Of a stretch of DNA of 64,000 bases, positions 61,414-64,000 are shown one piece after another. Origin of the DNA: Bdellovibrionota bacterium (GTDB lineage: Bacteria > Bdellovibrionota_C > UBA2361 > JBIKUX01). The stretch spans positions 15,730 to 79,729 of the forward strand of contig JBIKUX010000012.1 in assembly GCA_044347345.1 (NCBI GenBank), given 5' to 3'. The position numbers were made by a program, and so were the translations under genes. Within the stretch, counting starts at the first letter, position 1. Every line of letters starts with the position of its first letter. A model generated the notes under the pieces. The model made no database searches and was not told the origin of the DNA. It was given only the letters and a program-made list of their open reading frames with translations.

Positions 61414-62172
61414 CTAAGCAGCACTAACTTCTTCGTCTACATCAGCTACTTTTACTAAAGTTTCTTCGTCTTCACGTAATGAATCGATAAAAATCTCCTC
61501 AAGACTGCGACCTCTTTTCACATCATCAATCGTACCAGTCATAATAGTACGGCCACGATTTACCATAACTACTTTTGTACAAACCATCTCAACCTCTTGA
61601 AGAATGTGAGTGCTTAAAAGTACAGTGCGACGCTCAGCGAGACTTCCTATTAATTTGCGAATTTCAATAATCTGTCTAGGATCAAGACCACTAGTTGGCT
61701 CGTCCAAAATAATTACCTGAGGTTCGTGAACTATAGCCTGAGCAAGACCAACTCGCTGGCGGTAGCCCTTTGATAGAAACTGACATAGCTTATCTTTAAC
61801 ATCCTCAAGAAAACATTTAGCAAGAACAGCTTTAACTGCATCTCGACGCTCAGTTGATGGTACACCTTTGAGAGTAGCAACAAAATTAAGATACTCACTT
61901 ACGGTCATCTCACCATACAAAGGTGGAGTTTCTGGAAGATAACCAATTCTACGCCTTACCTCATTAGCTTCATAATTAATATCAAAGCCGGCTACACGAG
62001 CAATACCACTATCAGATGGCAAATAAGTAGTTAACATACGAAGAGTTGTTGTCTTTCCAGCTCCATTTGGGCCAAGGAAACCAACTATCTCACCGCACTC
62101 GGCCGAGAATGAAACATCTCGAACTGCCTTAAAGTCCCCAAAAGCCTTAGCCAGGTGTTCAACATGAATCAT
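61414..62172 (-). CDS. ABC ATP-binding protein (GldA-like)
   Basis: GPNGAGKTT, GYLPE, LSKGYRQRVGLAQA, LDEPTSGLDP, STH. Confidence 0.93.
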   Translation of the reverse strand: MIHVEHLAKAFGDFKAVRDVSFSAECGEIVGFLGPNGAGKTTTLRMLTTYLPSDSGIARVAGFDINYEANEVRRRIGYLPETPPLYGEMTVSEYLNFVATLKGVPSTERRDAVKAVLAKCFLEDVKDKLCQFLSKGYRQRVGLAQAIVHEPQVIILDEPTSGLDPRQIIEIRKLIGSLAERRTVLLSTHILQEVEMVCTKVVMVNRGRTIMTGTIDDVKRGRSLEEIFIDSLREDEETLVKVADVDEEVSAA

Positions 62173-62399
62173 ACGAATACACCACCAACAAGTACCATTA
62201 AACTGCATCAAGGATGCAATACTATTCACCTCTGTCTTAACAGAGTACCTCTTCAGCCTATATAAGCTAAAATACTTCAGAATAAAATAAAAATAAAAGA
62301 AGGAAGGTTCAAGAGGATAAAATTACATCTTCGGATCAATAAAGACAAATCTTTGCTATTTCGTTCAAGTAACTATTTCGAGTGCTGTAGGATTTAATT

Positions 62400-63305
62400 T
62401 TATGGAGCGTCACTCTGGTCTACTTTGAAAATAGAGCCTCCACAATCTAATTGAAGCTCTTGACCGTCAATTTTCACAAAACCTTTACTACAGCTCGGTG
62501 ATGATGACTTAACTTTATTTGTTTTCTCTTCGACAAGTCCTCCAATTTGATCTTGGCGAACCTCCGTAACATGCTCGATATCGGTATATCCAGCTGCGCG
62601 CATTATCAAACTTAAACGCCCTAACTGATTAGCGGTTTGTATACTAAGAGCATCTTTAGTCGATACATCTAACGTCACTGTTCGTACTTTTTCAGGCAAA
62701 CTATTATCTAAACTGCTGTTACGCTCACTAGCAGCTTTGGTTTTTCCTCCAGCTGAGAGTACGCGAGCATTTTGAACAATAATTTTACTTACCAGCTCTC
62801 CCTGAGGAGAGTATGTTAAGACAACATCAACGCGTGTACCTGGGAGAGCTAACCCTTCAATGCCAGAAATAGCATCCACCTCTATCGTAACTGCTCTGTT
62901 ACCAGGTGTGACTTCTAGCGCTTGGCTGGGCGGACTATCGGTAAGATGAGACTTTAACAGTGGCATTCCCGCTGCTACATCAACACTGGCATAAAGGCCT
63001 ATCAGGTCAGCACGATTTCTAATAGCTGTTTCTGGAATTTCGCCAGATGGCCATAAAGTCTCTTTTATAGGAGAGTCTGCAATCCTCTGACCCACCATAA
63101 TAGGCTTTTCTGAGATTAAGACAGTTAGTTTTGTTGCGCTGTCCGTTTGTACTCCTGTTGCTGACGCATTAGACTGATATCTGAATGCTATAATCACCAC
63201 AGAAACAAGACACGAAGCAAAAACTGCGCCAGCGAGGAGTATTAGTTTTTTTCTATCGCGCTCCGCAAAACTGCTAGAGCGAGCTTTGCCAAACCCATTT
63301 CCCAT
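62400..63305 (-). CDS. cpaB: Second Flp pilus assembly protein CpaB
   Basis: TM, SAF-like region, PGNRAVTIEVD..SGIEG...PGTRVDV, TVTL.V, LSLIMR. Confidence 0.9.
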   Translation of the reverse strand: MGNGFGKARSSSFAERDRKKLILLAGAVFASCLVSVVIIAFRYQSNASATGVQTDSATKLTVLISEKPIMVGQRIADSPIKETLWPSGEIPETAIRNRADLIGLYASVDVAAGMPLLKSHLTDSPPSQALEVTPGNRAVTIEVDAISGIEGLALPGTRVDVVLTYSPQGELVSKIIVQNARVLSAGGKTKAASERNSSLDNSLPEKVRTVTLDVSTKDALSIQTANQLGRLSLIMRAAGYTDIEHVTEVRQDQIGGLVEEKTNKVKSSSPSCSKGFVKIDGQELQLDCGGSIFKVDQSDAP

Positions 63306-63421
63306 AAAACTCCTGCGATCCTAAGCTAAAGGCTAATATGTTTACATACACTATCTCTACAGGATGCTATCGGCATTAAAGAATGCCAACCTAAGTTTGG
63401 TTTAAGTAATAAGGAGCCCAA

Positions 63422-64000
63422 ATGAAGAAATTTGTATTTAAAAACAGAGTTAATGGACTGACAGAACAAATAATGCTTTTTTTATGTAAGTTTTTTGTTC
63501 TTATTATTTCAATAATTTCTTTGAATGGTTGTATATCCTGGATAGAACACCAAACTTTAACCCCTAAAAATGAACTTGCTCATACAAACGTCAAAAGCAA
63601 CGATCACCATATCACAAGCATAGAAGAGGTTGCCTTACAGAACTCTAGAAACGAAGAAAAATTCAATAAAAAATCATTTACTAAAGATAACAATCGACCA
63701 TTTTTCAATAAAGTGCCCGGGACTCCTGTGAGGAATAAATATGAAAAAGTAGAGGTTTTGTGGCAGGTGCCACAAAGTGCGGTCGACCAGTATTTAATTG
63801 AATTTCAAGTTGGAGGCCAGAAAAGTATCGTTCAAAAGGAAGTTGAAACAATATCGTTAGAAAAAATAGACCATCCTAACTTCGGTTATGTATACAGATA
63901 TGTCATCAATCAAATTCCGAAAGGACAGAGAGTTAAAGTACGACTAACTGGGAAAACAAACGGTATATTATCAGCTCCGTCTGAAATCTTTGAACTTAAG
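63422..64000 (+). CDS. Putative lipoprotein with FN3-like domain, partial
   Basis: Not in ORF track; AAGGAG RBS, frame open to window end, lipobox LNG-C, VLWQVP....Y and SAPSE patterns. Confidence 0.65.
   Translation, partial: MKKFVFKNRVNGLTEQIMLFLCKFFVLIISIISLNGCISWIEHQTLTPKNELAHTNVKSNDHHITSIEEVALQNSRNEEKFNKKSFTKDNNRPFFNKVPGTPVRNKYEKVEVLWQVPQSAVDQYLIEFQVGGQKSIVQKEVETISLEKIDHPNFGYVYRYVINQIPKGQRVKVRLTGKTNGILSAPSEIFELK

Noticed and set aside
58853-62172. Bacteroidota gliding motility machinery
   Set aside because: GldA/F/G-like ABC modules are widespread, and no T9SS/GldJ-N genes are seen.
63371-63388. sigma54 promoter
   Set aside because: GG-to-GC spacing is 11 on both strands, not the required 10.

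Overview
AT-rich bacterial chromosomal window made mostly of core genes. I found no CRISPR array, integrase, transposase or prophage. Gene content (pilMNO-pilQ, TPR-accBC, GldA/F/G-type ABC plus DUF4340, Tad genes) suggests a deltaproteobacteria/Bdellovibrionota-like diderm; this is inference only. In order: Chlamydia-type class Ic nrdAB with tandem NrdR boxes; housekeeping genes (tRNA-binding OB protein, tatD, MBL hydrolase, ctaA, NUDIX); a Tad/Flp pilus locus with no secretin, continuing into a GspE/PilB-N-like+REC protein and a hybrid histidine kinase; a pseudouridine synthase-methyltransferase fusion overlapping rlmD; ABC exporter, SDR, GT-C, TonB receptor, pcm; tRNA-Asn with a duplicated 3' end; ffs-dnaX-ybaB-recR; a sigma54-type promoter before an orphan ORF; accBC with DUF1573 and a transmembrane J-domain protein; pilMNO-pilQ lacking pilP and followed by two lipoproteins; priA, mpl, a vWA protein, a divergent cyclophilin, PBP1A, a Gld-like ABC module, a second cpaB and a partial lipoprotein. 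Best leads: the tyrosyl-radical-free R2, the Tad-linked signalling fusion, the PilP-less lipoprotein-type PilQ operon, the tRNA-Asn repeat with an antisense T-arm, and a candidate dnaX -1 frameshift site. All family calls come from motif recognition by eye; no searches were run.
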